From Candidatus Helarchaeota archaeon (GTDB taxonomy: Archaea; Asgardarchaeota; Lokiarchaeia; Helarchaeales; RDOG01): a DNA stretch of 64,000 nucleotides. The DNA is taken from the NCBI GenBank assembly GCA_019058315.1, contig JAHPZH010000003.1:460451-524450 (forward strand), read 5' to 3'. The notes beneath the pieces were generated by a model that worked only from the letters and a program-made list of their open reading frames with translations, had not been told where the DNA came from and searched no databases. The number at the start of each line of letters is the position of its first letter. The first letter of the stretch is position 1. This document shows, piece by piece, positions 60,057 through 64,000 of this stretch. A program made the position numbers and the translations under genes.

Positions 60057-62615
60057 TTAAGCTCCAATTGATTTCAAATATTTCCCAAGCAGTGGAAGGA
60101 GCATTTGTGGAATGAAATTTTTAAAATATCCCCTAGTACCGAACATATAAGTTGTTCTGGAGGGAAAGTTGTCTAAGAAATAAGGACGAGTAATTTCACC
60201 ATTAAATTCAGGAGGTGCGCCATATGATTTTGCTCGTTCCCAGAGAGAATCGTTAAACCCAATCTCTTTCCAATCTGCTAATTCGGTTTTATTTGTTTTC
60301 CAAGTTTCATCAGATTTTATTACTTGCATTTCATCATTTTCAAAATAAATTTCAACATAAATATTAATTGCATTTACATCATACACATAATTCGCAGCTT
60401 CTACTGTTATGACGTTTTTTTCTTGTAGATGTTCATTAATATCAAAAATTTTTACTCTTTCATCAATAGGTCTTACTGCGAGAGTGAATCTACTGAAAAC
60501 TTCTCCAAGCTCAGTTTCATTGATTGATATTTTCATATAATGATTTGAAATTCCTTGAAGAAATGCTTTTTTAACTTTTCGATTCGAAAGGGTGAAAGTT
60601 TTTCGGAAATATCGATAATCTTGATGTAAACTTTTTTCGGGATATCCTATCCATTCCGATTCCAAAAATGGATTGGTCCAGCTAATATCATTTTCAATTT
60701 CCTCTAGTTTATTTTTATATAGATAATCAAGCCAATCATAATAGGGCAATAATCTTTTAAGACTATCCGGTTTTGCACAACGTAACCAAAGTTCTGGGTA
60801 AATTTCTTTAATGTTTTTAAAATCATCTCTCAATTTGGATAGTAAATTTATCGCTTCTTTTTTATTTTCTGCAGAAATAGGAGTTTTCTCAAGTAAGCTT
60901 GAAATTTTAAGAGAATAGAGATTTTTATTGGCATAAAACTTTGCAATTTGTGCAGAAAATTTTAAATAATCTATATATTCCCTATTCTTTTTTATTAGCG
61001 GCTCAATGGCTTCAATTTTTTTCTGGGTTAACTCCATTTTTTGAAGCAATTTTTTCATTTTTCCTGTATTGATTTTTGGTTTTTTTGATGGAAAAGGATG
61101 TCTCCAGAAGAGGTGAAAAAATATTGGAACAGCCAACATTCTTGAAATAGTTCCAGTAATAATCCTGTTAACCCAACCAAGAGAATAGAATATATCTGTC
61201 ATTCTTTCGTCAATAATTCCGAAAAATTCTTTATTAAAAGCTTTATGAAACCGTTCTAGATTAAAATCTGGTGTATTCCAAGACACATCTGCTGACAAAG
61301 AAAAGCCGAAAAGGCGATGGTCCCGAAAACTTTCATTTCCAAAGTCCCCCCAGCTTGATACACCCGTTCCTAAAACTTTTTCCCCTCTTTTATGTCCATA
61401 TTTTGTTAGTGCAACAATATTTTTAATACATTTCTTTATATCTGGGAAATTGCGACTCCAACTAAAAACTGTGGGACTAACAATGACAGAAAATCCTGCT
61501 TTTTGAAGTTTTTTTATCAATCTGAAATTAAAATGGAGGAAATATTCCCAAAAAAATATAATTATATCTTTTGGTAAACTCTTGCGGATTTTATCGTATT
61601 TGATTACGGTATCATGATACATTATAATTTGATCTTTACCATGCGTTCTTAAAATATCAAACATCCAATTATAAAAATCGAGTAAAGCAATTTCTTTTCC
61701 TTTTTGTTCTAAATATTTTTTAGATTTATAGCGACCAAAATCAAATAATTCATCTAAAGTAATATGAAAATAATTCGACGAGAAATTTGTACACAGCTCA
61801 TCGAGACAATCTTTGATAAATAAGCGAACTTTCTCATTTGAGATATCAAAAGTTTGTGCACCAGGGAATTCACCCAAATCTCGATATCCAGGAACGAGTA
61901 AAACATTATCCACATGACCAGTTAGACAGACTAATGGGACAATCTCCATAAAATATTTTTTTGCATATTCTTGTATTTCTGAAATTTCTTCTTTTGTCAG
62001 CGGATCCCTTCCAATCCCAATATTAGGATGTTTCTCATAATAAAAAATATCACATTCATAACCGAAAATGAAGAAATTTATTTTGAAACGACTTAATATT
62101 CGAATAAATTTTTTCATGTTTTCAACAGTAGGAACTTGACCCCTACTGATGTCATCAGCTATAGCTCGTATTTTAAAATTGGGAAAATCAATAATAGTAA
62201 TTTCTGGGAGAGAAACTTCATTTTGATTAGAATTTAGTAATTGAAGTATAGTTTGTATTCCATAAAAAACTCCTTTTTCAGATTCTGCTATTAATCTTAC
62301 CTCATTTTTTCCAATTGTTAAAGAATATCCTTCCTCAGTTTGCTTAACACTATCAAATACTGGTAATTCTATGCCTTCAACCACTTTTTCTTTCGTATCA
62401 GAAATTTGGGGTGCATTTAAGAAAGATAATTCTTCATTTATTAAATCTTGAAAAAAAACAAGATTTTCAACGTTATCATATAGCAGTTCAATGGATTCTG
62501 TCAAATAATATGATTTATCACCTACTATCATGCTTTGAGGTTGAGGTATAATAAGCAATTCTCTAGAAATTGGATAAGATTTTTCTTTTAAACCAGTAAT
62601 TATTAATTTTTTCAA
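60057..62615 (-). CDS. GH20 beta-N-acetylhexosaminidase-like protein with C-terminal beta-sandwich domain
   Basis: IIPQPQ, EGY.L, G.FYG.QT, D.P....R....DISR, HITLDE catalytic motif, WGD.G. Confidence 0.85.
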   Translation of the reverse strand: MKKLIITGLKEKSYPISRELLIIPQPQSMIVGDKSYYLTESIELLYDNVENLVFFQDLINEELSFLNAPQISDTKEKVVEGIELPVFDSVKQTEEGYSLTIGKNEVRLIAESEKGVFYGIQTILQLLNSNQNEVSLPEITIIDFPNFKIRAIADDISRGQVPTVENMKKFIRILSRFKINFFIFGYECDIFYYEKHPNIGIGRDPLTKEEISEIQEYAKKYFMEIVPLVCLTGHVDNVLLVPGYRDLGEFPGAQTFDISNEKVRLFIKDCLDELCTNFSSNYFHITLDELFDFGRYKSKKYLEQKGKEIALLDFYNWMFDILRTHGKDQIIMYHDTVIKYDKIRKSLPKDIIIFFWEYFLHFNFRLIKKLQKAGFSVIVSPTVFSWSRNFPDIKKCIKNIVALTKYGHKRGEKVLGTGVSSWGDFGNESFRDHRLFGFSLSADVSWNTPDFNLERFHKAFNKEFFGIIDERMTDIFYSLGWVNRIITGTISRMLAVPIFFHLFWRHPFPSKKPKINTGKMKKLLQKMELTQKKIEAIEPLIKKNREYIDYLKFSAQIAKFYANKNLYSLKISSLLEKTPISAENKKEAINLLSKLRDDFKNIKEIYPELWLRCAKPDSLKRLLPYYDWLDYLYKNKLEEIENDISWTNPFLESEWIGYPEKSLHQDYRYFRKTFTLSNRKVKKAFLQGISNHYMKISINETELGEVFSRFTLAVRPIDERVKIFDINEHLQEKNVITVEAANYVYDVNAINIYVEIYFENDEMQVIKSDETWKTNKTELADWKEIGFNDSLWERAKSYGAPPEFNGEITRPYFLDNFPSRTTYMFGTRGYFKNFIPQMLLPLLGKYLKSIGA

Positions 62616-62727
62616 ATTAAATCGCCTATTATTGTTTTATTTACAACTCCAGATCTTTTAAAAAATATTTGAGATAATATTTACAAAAATTAATAACCCA
62701 TAAAAAATTGTTATTGATAAAAAAAAA

Positions 62728-63543
62728 TTGGTGATAAGTGTGAAAAAGACTCCATTAATAATCTTCTGCATCGGTTACGTTGTAGTATTACTTGTTCAAT
62801 TTGCGCTTCTCCGAAACCTAAATGCAGACCTTGCAACATTTATACCAGGACCAGCTTTTACCGACTTTCTTATTATAGCAACTTTGCAGCCGTTATATAT
62901 TGTAGGGTTATATTACTTAGTTGCATATCCAATGTCACAGGTCTATTATTGGCTCCATGATTTGATATCCTTCTTTAAATATGAGTATAAGAAAACTGAA
63001 CTCGGCACTGAATATTCAACATTTTCATATTTAGCAAGATTGGCAGTTCCAGCATTGTTGTGTTACTCTCTATTGTTCTTATTTATAGATTTTATAATGC
63101 CCTCTGGGTTGTTTACAGTTAGTAGAGAGAATTTTCTTATTCCAATAATTACATTAAATTTTCTACTGCTACCCCTGTCTTGCTTAATTGTCAGTGGCAC
63201 GTGGATATTGGATGATATAGGTGTTATTTGTCATCTAAAACCGAAGTATTATGATGATCGGAAACCTCCAGTTATCGAAGGTGTAGGAAGGTTCTGGGGA
63301 TCGACATGGAGCGGTCTCATTGGTTACACCACTCCAATCGGAATTGCTGTACAAATATATCGGTCAATGGTTTTAGCTATTCCAATTCAACAAACAATTA
63401 CTTTGATCTTACTACCTTTGGTTCTAATCTGCATGTTTATACCGATCGTCTTAATTCATGATGAAAGAATAGAAGAATATAAAAAGAAATTCTTCGAAAA
63501 GTGGGACTTAGAAGCTGTTCCGAAATCTAAATTAGAAATTTAA
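62728..63543 (+). CDS. Multi-pass membrane hypothetical protein
   Basis: About 6 TM; W.LDD.G and IEGVG motifs. Confidence 0.7.
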   Translation: MVISVKKTPLIIFCIGYVVVLLVQFALLRNLNADLATFIPGPAFTDFLIIATLQPLYIVGLYYLVAYPMSQVYYWLHDLISFFKYEYKKTELGTEYSTFSYLARLAVPALLCYSLLFLFIDFIMPSGLFTVSRENFLIPIITLNFLLLPLSCLIVSGTWILDDIGVICHLKPKYYDDRKPPVIEGVGRFWGSTWSGLIGYTTPIGIAVQIYRSMVLAIPIQQTITLILLPLVLICMFIPIVLIHDERIEEYKKKFFEKWDLEAVPKSKLEI

Positions 63544-64000
63544 AAATTTTTTTATTTTTTTCTTTCCATTTTTTACTAAATTTAATTGTGTCCTAATACT
63601 GCTTTTATCCCTTTATGGTATATTTCCTGGTCCTCCCTTTTTAAGGGTTATAGACTAAATTTAACCGATTTTTTTTTTCGATCAAAAGAAGAAAATAAAG
63701 AAGTGTTTTCATGTTGTGTATATTTGTGCATATTTGATCATATTTAATTAGAAATATATATTGGGATAAGATTTCTGTAATAGTTAATACATTTATAGGA
63801 GAGATTTTTATAAGAGAACATAAAATTTCTTTATTATTTACAAAAGCTTTAAAATGACCCCAATACTTAAATAGTAATGACAAAAAAAATTGAATAATAT
63901 TCGATGTTATATATAAACCCCTTGGATAATATTCAGTTTTTTATAAATAGATTTTTTTTAATACTAAAGGATTAATTAAATCCTTCAAATAAACTAAAAT

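Noticed and set aside
63641-63883. 80-aa minus-strand ORF at the window end
   Set aside because: Low-complexity AT-rich sequence with no SD or motif; probably intergenic.
1-64000. Selenocysteine/pyrrolysine readthrough, tRNA, rRNA, IS elements
   Set aside because: I found no interrupted redox genes, GC-rich structured RNA segments, transposase motifs or terminal inverted repeats by eye.

Overview
A low-GC, gene-dense prokaryotic window. Its gene content (several SDS22-like LRR proteins, TPR paralogs, a MEDS histidine kinase, sequon-rich membrane-anchored surface proteins, DUF169 paralogs, T-tract terminators) best fits an Asgard archaeon such as Lokiarchaeia or Helarchaeales; that placement is inference. 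I see no rRNA, tRNA, CRISPR array or transposase. The standout is a minus-strand locus at about 22.0-28.1 kb. A radical SAM/SPASM enzyme with the sequence hallmarks of PlpX-type peptide 'spliceases' lies directly downstream of three tandem small paralogous peptides of 46, 45 and 65 aa, two of which are absent from the ORF track. All three share an N-terminal (K/R)GYP(F/Y) box and a C-terminal (S/A)PPxYGVY box. A methyltransferase-TPR fusion and three TPR genes lie upstream. This looks like an archaeal RiPP (spliceotide-like) system. Other notable items: conserved CTG start codons, a CrtISO/RetSat-GltD fusion, two glycyl-radical enzymes with no visible activase, modular surface proteins, and a degenerate ~100-bp direct repeat flanking a GNAT gene. 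Family assignments come from motifs I recognise by eye; no database search was run.
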